From a virus: 48,328 nt of DNA. Position 1 is the stretch's first letter; the number at the start of each line of letters is the position of its first letter. The notes below the pieces were generated by a model. The model was not told the origin of the DNA. It ran no database searches and was given only the letters and a program-made list of their open reading frames with translations. Both the position numbers and the translations under genes were made by a program. Of this stretch, positions 34,076 through 43,559 are shown in pieces. The stretch is taken from UHGV virus genome UHGV-0207328; one strand, written 5' to 3'.

Positions 34076-35028
34076 AAGTATACCTAAACAACGAACTCAG
34101 TAATGACCAATATCATGCTGACATCGAGCACATTAACGGCTCTGGCCTGTGGAACATCTATGACCGCTGCCCGGCAGCATGGCGCTATAAAGACGAAGAA
34201 GACGAGCAGTCAAAGGCGCTTGTTTTCGGCACTGGTAGCCATACAGCACTGCTCGAACCAGAGCGCTTCGAAGCAGAATATGCCCGCATGCCAGTTGTCG
34301 AAGATTTTCCAAAAGACAAAGATGGCAACCGCACAGTGCTGGTAACTGCTTCCGACATGAACTCATGGGCGAAAGAGCGCGGCATTAAGGGGCTTTCAGG
34401 TAAGACTAAAGCCGAAGTGATTAAAATTATTCAGGCCACTGGCGAGACAGTGCAGATTTATGATGTTATCCGTGAAGAAGCAGAGAAGGCCGCTACTGGT
34501 AAATCAATTCTAGAAGGCGATGATTATGACGCCATCATGCAGATGCGCGCCGTAATCCATGCAAACAGCTATTATAGCAGCCTGCTTTCTGGTGCTTATT
34601 CCGAGGTGTCAATTCTCGGTCAGTTGCTTGGTGTGCCATCAAAGGTTCGCTTTGATTGCCTTACTCGCGGTGGCGATATCATCGACTACAAAACAGCGGT
34701 TAGCGCCAAGCCTGATGAGTTTTTCCGCCATGCTGCCCGTCTCGGGTACTTTATGAAGATGGCGATGCAGCACGACATGTTTGTCGAGGCTTATGGGCAT
34801 GCGCCTCGCTCGGTAAACCTTCTCGTGCAGGAGAAAAAATCTCCATTCATCCCTGCGTTGATTCGTCTGACTGATGAACAGTTACGCATTGGTCGCATTC
34901 AACTGCGCAGCGCGATGGAAATCTATAAGGCATGCAAAAAAGCGAATTCATGGCCCGGTTACTCAATGGGTAATCCAGTCATCGAAATGGAAACGCCGGA
35001 ATGGTTCAAAAAGCAATTTAACCTGTAA
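34072..35028 (+). CDS. PD-(D/E)xK family exonuclease (RecB/YqaJ/Cas4-like fold)
   Basis: 318 aa. ..VRFDCLTRGGDIIDYKTA.. D..(E/D).K catalytic block. Immediately upstream of Erf and SSB. Confidence 0.5.
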   Translation: MKVYLNNELSNDQYHADIEHINGSGLWNIYDRCPAAWRYKDEEDEQSKALVFGTGSHTALLEPERFEAEYARMPVVEDFPKDKDGNRTVLVTASDMNSWAKERGIKGLSGKTKAEVIKIIQATGETVQIYDVIREEAEKAATGKSILEGDDYDAIMQMRAVIHANSYYSSLLSGAYSEVSILGQLLGVPSKVRFDCLTRGGDIIDYKTAVSAKPDEFFRHAARLGYFMKMAMQHDMFVEAYGHAPRSVNLLVQEKKSPFIPALIRLTDEQLRIGRIQLRSAMEIYKACKKANSWPGYSMGNPVIEMETPEWFKKQFNL

Positions 35029-35051
35029 TTTATAGTAAATGAGGTGAAGTG

Positions 35052-35711
35052 ATGAAATTTTCAGAACAGAAAGCAAACCTTATTAAGGCTCTGGTAGAGG
35101 CGCGAAAGGTGATGAGTAGCAGCGCTAAAAAGAACGCGCAAAACCCGCACCTTAAAAGCAACTATGCTAACCTTGAGTCATTCCTGAATGCCATCAGACC
35201 AGCGCTTGAGGCCAACGGTCTTATCATCATCCAGAACGCCATTGAGAGCGATACGGTTGATGTTTTGAAGCTGGAAACAACAATCATGCATGAGTCTGGT
35301 GAATACATGTCTTCAGTCATGCCAATGCCAGTTGCCAAGAAAGACGCGCAGGGTTATGGGTCCGCAATGACGTATGCTCGGCGTTATTCTATCGCCTCGA
35401 TGTTTGGTATTGCCCAGGCTGATGACGATGGCAATGCCGCACGGAAGTCTCCTAAAGATGCAGCCGCACTCATTCGTTCAGCAGCAAACATGGATGAGCT
35501 TGCCGCTATTTATGGTGAAGAATACAAATCATTCCGTGGTGATGACGCTGCTACTCGCGTAATCGTCGGCGCATACCAGGAAATGAAAGCGAAATTCATT
35601 GCTGGCGGTAGTGATTTCAACCCGGCCAAACTCCAGAAAGCAGATGCGCCTGTGTCATCTGCACATGAAGAGAAGCCATCAACATCTCAACAGAACATCG
35701 AAAACTTTTAA
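35052..35711 (+). CDS. erf: ERF-family single-strand annealing protein
   Basis: 219 aa. Conserved ERF block GYGSAMTYARRYSIASMFGI. GAGGTG RBS. Confidence 0.65.
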   Translation: MKFSEQKANLIKALVEARKVMSSSAKKNAQNPHLKSNYANLESFLNAIRPALEANGLIIIQNAIESDTVDVLKLETTIMHESGEYMSSVMPMPVAKKDAQGYGSAMTYARRYSIASMFGIAQADDDGNAARKSPKDAAALIRSAANMDELAAIYGEEYKSFRGDDAATRVIVGAYQEMKAKFIAGGSDFNPAKLQKADAPVSSAHEEKPSTSQQNIENF

Positions 35712-35720
35712 GGGTAAATT

Positions 35721-36224
35721 ATGGCATCTCGCGGAATCAACAAAGTAATCATTTTGGGAACTCTAGGACAAGACCCGGAAGTTAAATATATGCCATCTGG
35801 CGGCGCTGTGTGCAATCTTTCTCTGGCAACATCAGAACAGTGGAATGACAAGGCCACAGGTGAAAAGAAAGAGCAGACAGAATGGCATCGCGTTGTTATC
35901 TTCGGAAAGCTGGCAGAGGTGGCTGGAGAATACCTGCGCAAGGGCTCTCAGGTGTATGTAGAAGGAAAATTACGCACTCGAAAATGGACAGATCAAAGCG
36001 GTGTTGAAAAATACACTACTGAAATTGTCTTGCAGCCGATGAACGGCGTCATGCAAATGATTGGTGGTAAATCAAGTGATAATGGAAACCAACAATCACA
36101 GCAGCGACAACAATCAGGAAGCAATCAGCAGTCAGGATGGGGTAAACCTCAGCAACCATCAAGCACACAAAAACCACCGGCAAACGAGCCGCCGATGGAT
36201 TTTGATGATGATATTCCGTTTTGA
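35721..36224 (+). CDS. ssb: single-stranded DNA-binding protein
   Basis: 167 aa. OB-fold N-terminus [37 protein letters not shown], Gly/Gln-rich linker and acidic tail DFDDDIPF. Confidence 0.85.
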   Translation: MASRGINKVIILGTLGQDPEVKYMPSGGAVCNLSLATSEQWNDKATGEKKEQTEWHRVVIFGKLAEVAGEYLRKGSQVYVEGKLRTRKWTDQSGVEKYTTEIVLQPMNGVMQMIGGKSSDNGNQQSQQRQQSGSNQQSGWGKPQQPSSTQKPPANEPPMDFDDDIPF

Positions 36225-36228
36225 TGAA

Positions 36229-36254
36229 GAAAGGGCCGCAAGGCCCTTTATTTA
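36229..36254. terminator. bidirectional terminator AAGGGCC-GCA-AGGCCCTT between the convergent ssb and tail-fibre operon
   Basis: 8-bp stem, T-rich on both sides. Confidence 0.6.
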
Positions 36255-37553
36255 TGGAAGGTTATTTAGAAGATCATTGAAGTTAGTATAAGAAACAGAA
36301 GGTGTATAGTCGGTTGGAACAAAGTAACGGCTAACTTTCCCTTCATAAGGAGAGGATACGTAAATTACATCTCCACCAGTTCCCGGTGCTGATCCAAGTC
36401 TTAACAGTGTTGGCGCTTTTGTTCCGAGAATGGAAAATACCCATGCAGAACCTGAATTCTCAGCCAGAACGATTACCGCCGCAGGAGATCCTGTTGAAGT
36501 GTATTCCACTGAGAAATACACTCGCTTCTTCCCTGATTGCACTGTAGACGCAAGGGCCGCTGATGTATTACCTATCGTGGTAGGGACATAAGCAATTTCC
36601 TGTTCAATCCACGCGCTACCACTCCATGTTGCAACTTTTACCCTAAAGTTGGTAAATGAATCGCCAGTCGGGTCGTCTGCATCCCTGAATCTGTATGTGA
36701 TGAAGGATAAAGTTTCATCATCATTGAACGCGAATTTTGCAGACTGAATGCCCATTACATAGCCAGAACCAGAGTTGGCATTTTCTCCAGGCTGAAGAGG
36801 CTTATAGGCAAGTTGCCCCTGAGTTACCGGCATGGGAAGCTGAGTTCCGGCAATGTTATACATGAAACCATCGGTGCCGATTTTACCGTACTCACCTACA
36901 TGGCGGACAGCGGCAGCAGCATACAACGACCATTCAAAAATTATGCTTAACCCGGTTGATGTAGCTCTCAGGTCGTCAGGGTATACCGCTCGGTTGTCAT
37001 TCTCTGCGATATGGGCGTAACGGTCCCACCTTAGCGCGATAATGTCCCACTTATAGATGAATGCAGCGCGGAGGGTCTCGCCAGTGCTGTACCTGTCAGA
37101 AGCACGCAGCATTGCGTAAATGTCGCCATTAGGTGCGCGGGATACTATGGGGTATGTCCATGTCCACTCAACATCAGGAAAATCCCATGTTGCACTTACA
37201 AGACTGGTTACATCCCCCGGGCGCGTACTTCTGAAATAATTTAGTAAGTTCGCGTGCATTGATGTAAACACATGGATGAACCCAGCACCATCAATAACAA
37301 TTGATGGTTGGTTATGTCCGATATCATCAATAAATGTTGCTGTTGTGCCATCAGTTAACTTGCAGTCACCTGACGTAAGATTCCCTGCAGAATCTCTTTT
37401 CACCACTGTGCATTTATGATAACCAGCCGTCCCAGAAACCGCGCATAAAGCATAGTATTCATTCCCCTGAAAAGAATCAACGGGGTGCCACCACCCCGCC
37501 TGATTGCTTTCAGAGGCGTTAGCAGAAATGGTGGAGATCTGAATATCAGCCAT
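36252..37553 (-). CDS. distal tail protein, possible BNR/beta-propeller glycosidase-like receptor-binding or depolymerase protein
   Basis: 433 aa, last gene of the tail operon. Repeated S/T-x-D-x-G-x-T/W-like segments. Weak assignment. Confidence 0.35.
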   Translation of the reverse strand: MADIQISTISANASESNQAGWWHPVDSFQGNEYYALCAVSGTAGYHKCTVVKRDSAGNLTSGDCKLTDGTTATFIDDIGHNQPSIVIDGAGFIHVFTSMHANLLNYFRSTRPGDVTSLVSATWDFPDVEWTWTYPIVSRAPNGDIYAMLRASDRYSTGETLRAAFIYKWDIIALRWDRYAHIAENDNRAVYPDDLRATSTGLSIIFEWSLYAAAAVRHVGEYGKIGTDGFMYNIAGTQLPMPVTQGQLAYKPLQPGENANSGSGYVMGIQSAKFAFNDDETLSFITYRFRDADDPTGDSFTNFRVKVATWSGSAWIEQEIAYVPTTIGNTSAALASTVQSGKKRVYFSVEYTSTGSPAAVIVLAENSGSAWVFSILGTKAPTLLRLGSAPGTGGDVIYVSSPYEGKVSRYFVPTDYTPSVSYTNFNDLLNNLP

Positions 37554-38229
37554 TTACTGTCACTCCGAATCCAGCGGTATAACGATAAAGTCTTTCTGCA
37601 ATCAGCAACAAATCAGAATCAGAAAGAACAGAACCATAAACGGTAGCGCCATATGCTTTATATGGTGCCGCTACTTGCCCTGACTCAGTGCTTCCACCGA
37701 TATATGCCGGCTTTGTACTGTCACCAACAGCCGTTGACGACAGGCTAACCACGCCATCATTCGTGATGAACCCAAAACGATGCCCTGTTGAGTCGCCTTG
37801 CACAAAGTATACTACTGCGCCACTGGCTGGCAGTGCTGTTGAAATTGTAGCCATGCCTGCCGGAATGATGCGTTTAAGTTTTTTGTCACTTGTGGTAACA
37901 AGGCGAATATCAGCAACACGAAGAACGCCAGCGTTTGCGCCTACGTCTAAAATACCAACAGCAGTAAAACTTTCTGGTGTCGTTGCCCGCATGGTGCATC
38001 GGCTATCAACTGTAGTTGATGTGTTTTTAATGCCTACAGCCGCTAATGCGGCACCCCCCGCCAATACCAGGTCATTAGTTTCAGAACCCCAGTTTTTTGT
38101 TCTTCTTGCAGATGAAATGGCAGAAGAACCAAGATTGAAAAAATCCAATGCGCCAGCAACTGGGGGTATATATTTTTGTGCCCATGCCTGAGCTTGTTCA
38201 TCAGATACAAGAATTGCTGTTCCGGTCAT
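37546..38229 (-). CDS. putative tail fibre-associated structural protein
   Basis: 227 aa, Ala/Gly/Thr-rich, 8-nt overlap with the downstream gene. Confidence 0.4.
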   Translation of the reverse strand: MTGTAILVSDEQAQAWAQKYIPPVAGALDFFNLGSSAISSARRTKNWGSETNDLVLAGGAALAAVGIKNTSTTVDSRCTMRATTPESFTAVGILDVGANAGVLRVADIRLVTTSDKKLKRIIPAGMATISTALPASGAVVYFVQGDSTGHRFGFITNDGVVSLSSTAVGDSTKPAYIGGSTESGQVAAPYKAYGATVYGSVLSDSDLLLIAERLYRYTAGFGVTVNG

Positions 38230-38240
38230 TTTAAAATCCT

Positions 38241-39740
38241 CTACTGTAAATTTAAAGAACGTTCAGCCATTCTCTGGCGGGAGTTCAAGTATACCGCTTT
38301 AACCTGATCGACGGTAAGCGCGGAGTCGAAATAAATAAACTCAGCAATGTCAAGATGTTTTGTTTTAAACATTGCTGAATCACAGTATCCATTACCAACT
38401 GCAATATTGCGACCAGAAAGAATGATGCGATCTGAGTCTGCTTCTCTCAATCTATTATAGTTATCACCGCCAACGGACATAATCTTATACCTTTGCCCTG
38501 AACCTGTAACGCGCACAGTGTGAGAAATGAATAACCACTTACCAACAGGACTTAACCCGGCTGGATATTGACGAGATGTAGCACGATACCCAGCTATGTA
38601 CGACCGTATCCAGCGCCGTGTTGTTCTGTCAGAAAAAAGAGATAACTGAACTCCGTTATATGTGAAATCATCATCTCTCTGACTATAACCATTTGCTGTG
38701 CCGTAAATAACAACAGCGTCAGTTTCAGGGGATTGCTCCGGGATTCTGACAACAGAACAAACTGTGTATTCAGCTGAGTCTGGGATATCAGAAATTAAAG
38801 CACCTCCCCATGCCGCCACGCTAATGAAGTTTTTATTAAAAACTGGTGTGGCCTGCGGTGTTAATACTTTAGAACCGACACGACTATTATAACTGGTATC
38901 TTCATAGCCAAATAACCAATGACCAACTGCCGTCGCTTCTAAAACAGACGGTGTAGGCTCGACGCTACCAGCACCGCCATTATCCTTTCCCAGGTATACA
39001 GTGCCATCATCCTGAACGCCAGAGATAACCCACCCCAGAGGGGTCATTGTGACAGATTGCCATCCAGGTGGCGTTTCTGTTATTAATCCTCCACCAGCAA
39101 TGAGGTTCCCACTCTTGTCGTATAGCGCAAGCTTAAACCCATCACCATTGTCAAGTTCGAGAAGGTTTTCTTCACTTAGAGCCAGTCCAAAGTTCTTCAC
39201 TTTTATTGCCTCATCGCTCACTTCACCAACCTCAAAGCCACCAGATGTAATTAGTGAAAGTTTGTTTTCTTCAGCCTTTACTATTAATTCACTTCTATTC
39301 CTGACCTCATCAGAAGTCAAAGCAATGGAATCATCTACAGCTTGCTGGGATGGCATCTTACGACCAGTAGCCTCAAGAGTGCCACCATTGTTGATGTATT
39401 CATCTGCAAGTGAGCTGCCGTCAGGGCTGCGGACGTAAGTTGTGCTGCCATTTGGAATATTGGCTATGTCAGCCTGAGCATCAGCAAGAGTCATATACTG
39501 ACGACTTAGCGGTATTAAATTCTCTACTAAATTATTATATTCGCTCTGTTGTTCTGAAAGCTGAGCGTTAAATGCATTGTTTCTTCCGGTATTCGTCAGC
39601 CGCTGCACGCCGAATCGGTCAGTGTAGTAATCAGAACTTCCGTTAACCTCTTCATCAATCTTACCGGCGTTAAACTTCAGGTCGCGCGGGTCTTCAGAAG
39701 GAATTGGCTTGTTAGTTGGGGTAGTAGCCATCGGCTGCAA
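38241..39740 (-). CDS. tail fibre protein with C-terminal lectin/LamG-like domain
   Basis: 499 aa. Position after the tip protein. C-terminal ..NGYCDSAMFKTKHLDIAEFIYFDSALTVDQVKAVY.. jelly-roll-like signature. Confidence 0.5.
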   Translation of the reverse strand: MQPMATTPTNKPIPSEDPRDLKFNAGKIDEEVNGSSDYYTDRFGVQRLTNTGRNNAFNAQLSEQQSEYNNLVENLIPLSRQYMTLADAQADIANIPNGSTTYVRSPDGSSLADEYINNGGTLEATGRKMPSQQAVDDSIALTSDEVRNRSELIVKAEENKLSLITSGGFEVGEVSDEAIKVKNFGLALSEENLLELDNGDGFKLALYDKSGNLIAGGGLITETPPGWQSVTMTPLGWVISGVQDDGTVYLGKDNGGAGSVEPTPSVLEATAVGHWLFGYEDTSYNSRVGSKVLTPQATPVFNKNFISVAAWGGALISDIPDSAEYTVCSVVRIPEQSPETDAVVIYGTANGYSQRDDDFTYNGVQLSLFSDRTTRRWIRSYIAGYRATSRQYPAGLSPVGKWLFISHTVRVTGSGQRYKIMSVGGDNYNRLREADSDRIILSGRNIAVGNGYCDSAMFKTKHLDIAEFIYFDSALTVDQVKAVYLNSRQRMAERSLNLQ

Positions 39741-39769
39741 TCTCCATAATCATTAATTGCCCTATTGTA

Positions 39770-42250
39770 TCACGCAACAGGGTTGGTGTAGGCGTACATG
39801 GCGTCATTGTACTCAGTTACTGTAAGAGACACTGTGCCATCTGTACCAGGAGTTTTCTGGCTGACTGTCCATAACGTTGAGTCAAGCTCAATCTCTGTGG
39901 AGATAGCATATCTTGATTCTGACTGGACATTAACGCCGTCAAAAATATTTAACTCGAAATCAGATGGTAATGCGCACTCGAATGTATTCAATCCAGTAAC
40001 CGTACAAGCCATTCGTTCTGATACATTCCCATTGTCGCCAGTGATAACCACAAATAGGCCGCTTCCCGCCGTGAGCTGTTCACTGGTGGTAAATACGTTT
40101 CCCGACCTTGATCGGATAACACCAGTCTGCTGTACAGAATCATAAATGTCGACAACAGAAATCATATCGCCAACGTTCACCCACTCGCCATCAGCAAGCG
40201 CCTTTATCTCCATTCCGCGACGTGAGTACATGAGTCTGTTGCACTCAAGCATAGCTCGATCTGTTGCCTGATACAGGTTTCGAACATATAGCATGTCGAA
40301 TTTTTTCGGCTTGGTTGGCTCTCCCGGCTCTATGCCAGAAGTTCCAACTTTATAATAAACGTAGGCCTGTTTGTTGGTGTTTGGGTCTCTATACTGGACA
40401 CTTACGCCATCATATGACCCAGGCAGAGTCATGTCATAAGACATTTTATAGCCATCTGCCTGTGTGTTTCTGGTATTGAACACGGTTTCAGGTGTTGATT
40501 TTTGCTCATCTCTTGAAAACGATAAAACGCCATCATCCCAGAATACCGTTACGCGAGCGGCATCACAGATGGTCTGAATTCTCTCACCAATGGACTTATC
40601 CTCATCGTCAAAGGTGTAATCAAAGTACCCAAGGCGCTCATCAGGCAGTGCGTCGGCTATTTCATAGAGCCTTCCCACGTCAATGGTACTTTCAGGCTGA
40701 CCAGCAGTAATAAGCCAGTTATGCAGCACTGAATCTGCAAAACTTCTTGATGGCGTTAACGTATAGTCGACTGCCCCGGTTGTTCTGTTGTATCCAATAG
40801 TCCAGCGGGTGATCAGCGCATTATATTTGCGCTCAGATACCGATGTCGGCTGGAGAGTGGCCTTAACTGTTACCTTAACCAGAGTGTCATCTGGATAAAC
40901 CACGTTCTCGCGGATGTTTATGGCATGCGCCGCCTGTAATGTTACGCGGTTGCCAGAGTTTGAGTTGTTTGTCCTTTCAATGCTGATAGCGTACTTCGCC
41001 AGCCCATAATCTGGGGTAAGTTTATATGTCCGATAATATGTTTTGGTTGTCTGATTGAATGGGTTATCAATGCTGTCTGCAAGCTGCTCCTCGGTTCCTG
41101 GAATGGCATCCCCATTATCATCAACCGCCCATACCTTGATCAGATAATCTGCCGTGCCACTGGTAGGCCCAAGCTCAGACTGAACGTGAACCCATACCTG
41201 CGTCGATTCCACGGCTCCAACATATGGGCCAACAACAAGCGCCTCATTATCCACAATCTGGAAATAAGTGTTGTTGATGGTTGCGCCGGTCAGATTGCCA
41301 AGATTTGCGCCGGTAAGGTTATTGAAAGTGAAATTATAAAAATACTGAATATCAGGAATGACGCCTGTCTCAGTTTCCTCAGCCGAAATGATGTTGCCGC
41401 TAAGTTGAATGTTTTCAGTAACTGGACCGGATGTCGAGTTGTAGGTAATATTTATTGTTAATGACACAGAGTGCGGTAAAGACAGCCCCATGAAGTAATC
41501 AAAATCACTGTTTTTTGGTATGACTATCAGCAACTGACCGCCAGCATAATTACCGCTGGTAACAGATGTCGTGGTCGCTGTCTCTATCGGGGTGTCTTCT
41601 GACTCGTTAAGCCCCGGCACCTCCTGACCATCAAGCCCGTCAAACTGGTATGGCTCAATGATTTGTCCGATAACGTCACCTGGATTGTAGATGACGTGCG
41701 TCGCCCCGGGCAGAGAACCGAGGTTGGTTTCCGCATAGCGAACCGAAGAAATGGTGTATTTACCAAGGCCAAAATTCATGAACTCAGTGACATACTTCAG
41801 GTCGTCTATATATTCGAAAAGAGATTCCTGAATCAAATCAGGGAATGCCCTTATCTGACCGAAGTTATCAGGCCTTGCCTCTCCGTTGCGCGCGATATTG
41901 GTCTGCGATTTCAGGCTGTTATTGGGTGATTCAACTGTTGTGCCAGTGCTGGTTGATGGCGTTGATGCTTTCGGTAGCAGAAAAGAAAGCACCTTAGTTA
42001 CAGGCTTGAGTATCGTACTGATAAGGTCGCCAATGGCTCCGCGAGGCTGGCAATAAATGTTAACAATATCGTTTTGTTTTAACGATATCGACAATTCATC
42101 ATCAGGGCCAAACATGCGGCCATTCAGCGCAATCCTGATATCAGACGGAAGGCCGGAATTCTCCAGCCATCGCCACAGATTGGTGCCAACAGGGACGCTA
42201 CCCGTCTCTTTTGGAACACCTGGCATCTTCTGAATGTGAATAACCGGCAT
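39770..42250 (-). CDS. tail tip / host-specificity protein: gpI-like ubiquitin-fold N-terminus fused to gpJ-like central fibre region
   Basis: 826 aa. N-terminal [26 protein letters not shown] ubiquitin-like segment. Follows the K-like and L-like genes as lambda I/J do. Confidence 0.55.
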   Translation of the reverse strand: MPVIHIQKMPGVPKETGSVPVGTNLWRWLENSGLPSDIRIALNGRMFGPDDELSISLKQNDIVNIYCQPRGAIGDLISTILKPVTKVLSFLLPKASTPSTSTGTTVESPNNSLKSQTNIARNGEARPDNFGQIRAFPDLIQESLFEYIDDLKYVTEFMNFGLGKYTISSVRYAETNLGSLPGATHVIYNPGDVIGQIIEPYQFDGLDGQEVPGLNESEDTPIETATTTSVTSGNYAGGQLLIVIPKNSDFDYFMGLSLPHSVSLTINITYNSTSGPVTENIQLSGNIISAEETETGVIPDIQYFYNFTFNNLTGANLGNLTGATINNTYFQIVDNEALVVGPYVGAVESTQVWVHVQSELGPTSGTADYLIKVWAVDDNGDAIPGTEEQLADSIDNPFNQTTKTYYRTYKLTPDYGLAKYAISIERTNNSNSGNRVTLQAAHAINIRENVVYPDDTLVKVTVKATLQPTSVSERKYNALITRWTIGYNRTTGAVDYTLTPSRSFADSVLHNWLITAGQPESTIDVGRLYEIADALPDERLGYFDYTFDDEDKSIGERIQTICDAARVTVFWDDGVLSFSRDEQKSTPETVFNTRNTQADGYKMSYDMTLPGSYDGVSVQYRDPNTNKQAYVYYKVGTSGIEPGEPTKPKKFDMLYVRNLYQATDRAMLECNRLMYSRRGMEIKALADGEWVNVGDMISVVDIYDSVQQTGVIRSRSGNVFTTSEQLTAGSGLFVVITGDNGNVSERMACTVTGLNTFECALPSDFELNIFDGVNVQSESRYAISTEIELDSTLWTVSQKTPGTDGTVSLTVTEYNDAMYAYTNPVA

Positions 42251-42677
42251 AAGTCAGGAACCTTAATTTTGTTGATAATTTTTCGAGTGTTTTAAGGCGG
42301 TCTGTCTTGACTGCCGTTTTCTCTCGCGCATGCAGTATTTTATCACGACCCCACCATAGCGCGACATGTACCGGATGGCTCCCGCGATAAGCAACCACCA
42401 CATCGCCAACTTTTGGCTGATCGGTGTCTTTCCAGAATGAAACCTCTCCATTGAAGCACGTGATAAAATCTCCACCATTTGAATATGAGTCGTCATGATG
42501 AACATTAACATTCATGCAAAGGCGATAGAACAGCACCACCAGACCCCAGCAGTCCACCGCGTCAACGTGACAACACCTGTCGACGTATGGCTTACCAAGC
42601 ATCATCCTTTCAAAATCGTCAAACGGTACGCAGCCCGGGGAATTCTGTGATGTCATAAAGTTTTGCCACGTTGCCAT
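42198..42677 (-). CDS. tail assembly protein with NlpC/P60 peptidase domain (lambda gpK-like)
   Basis: 159 aa. Catalytic Cys in DCWGLVV, His in HVALWWG. Confidence 0.6.
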   Translation of the reverse strand: MATWQNFMTSQNSPGCVPFDDFERMMLGKPYVDRCCHVDAVDCWGLVVLFYRLCMNVNVHHDDSYSNGGDFITCFNGEVSFWKDTDQPKVGDVVVAYRGSHPVHVALWWGRDKILHAREKTAVKTDRLKTLEKLSTKLRFLTYAGYSHSEDARCSKRDG

Positions 42678-43089
42678 TGATTGGGTTTTTTATGGAGATG
42701 GAGACAGTTACATCAGACTGATCAAGCGTCACATCATTTACATAAAGCGTATATGGTTTTAATGGTGTGTCTTTGTCAGTCTCATCAAAGCGTTGGTATA
42801 GGGCGGTGATAGGCTCAATACGACCAGACCCTGACCATAACTTTAAATATTGCTTAAAGTCATTTGCCAGTCTCGCAAACTTCAGCGTGGCATTAATTAC
42901 CGGCGTGTTCGATTGCTGGCTTCTGGTTACATCCATGCGCACTGGCTGGTAAGTCTGGCCGCCAAGGACAACATCAGAGAACTCGTTGCCAACTAGCCGT
43001 ACATAACCAAATGAGGAATGATAAAAGGTTATGGTGTCATACAGCTTCCAGTTTGGTCTTTTTGACTGGTATTCACGCAATGTTGGCAT
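42619..43089 (-). CDS. minor tail protein L-like
   Basis: 156 aa. [16 protein letters not shown] resembles lambda gpL WQGRQYQPYPIQGSG block. Gene order. Confidence 0.5.
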   Translation of the reverse strand: MPTLREYQSKRPNWKLYDTITFYHSSFGYVRLVGNEFSDVVLGGQTYQPVRMDVTRSQQSNTPVINATLKFARLANDFKQYLKLWSGSGRIEPITALYQRFDETDKDTPLKPYTLYVNDVTLDQSDVTVSISIKNPINGNVAKLYDITEFPGLRTV

Positions 43090-43559
43090 TATGGATACTC
43101 CGGCAAATCCCTGTTAACCACTTCATCGAGCCATGAATACCATCGCTCATCAAGCTCAACAAGCACATCATCAAATTCATCCATGGAGTTATTGAGAGTT
43201 TTGCAAATGACATTACCAGTCCATGTAACGATGCCGCCATTGATGCTTGTCTGCACGGGGTAATCAGTAAAGTGCAAAGTCTGATTCTGTAATCCGCTGC
43301 CACCAAGATCGATATCCATCGTGAACCATTCATTGCACTTGTTGAGATAATTTGGGCTTCTCAACCACTGCATAAATGCCCGCTCCTGCCTGAGCGTGAA
43401 AACCCATGTCAAACTCCATGTTACTGCAACATCGGTCGTTAGCTTTTGAAATATTGGCGCCCCAACCGCAGGCTGATCGCTGCGGAATGGGGTTTGAGTT
43501 GTCATGTTCTTGCTGGCACGCTGCGCAAGCGGTAGCCATGATGGATAAGCTATAGCCAT
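43089..43559 (-). CDS. minor tail protein M-like
   Basis: 156 aa. Position directly after the tape measure (ATGA overlap). Confidence 0.4.
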   Translation of the reverse strand: MAIAYPSWLPLAQRASKNMTTQTPFRSDQPAVGAPIFQKLTTDVAVTWSLTWVFTLRQERAFMQWLRSPNYLNKCNEWFTMDIDLGGSGLQNQTLHFTDYPVQTSINGGIVTWTGNVICKTLNNSMDEFDDVLVELDERWYSWLDEVVNRDLPEYP

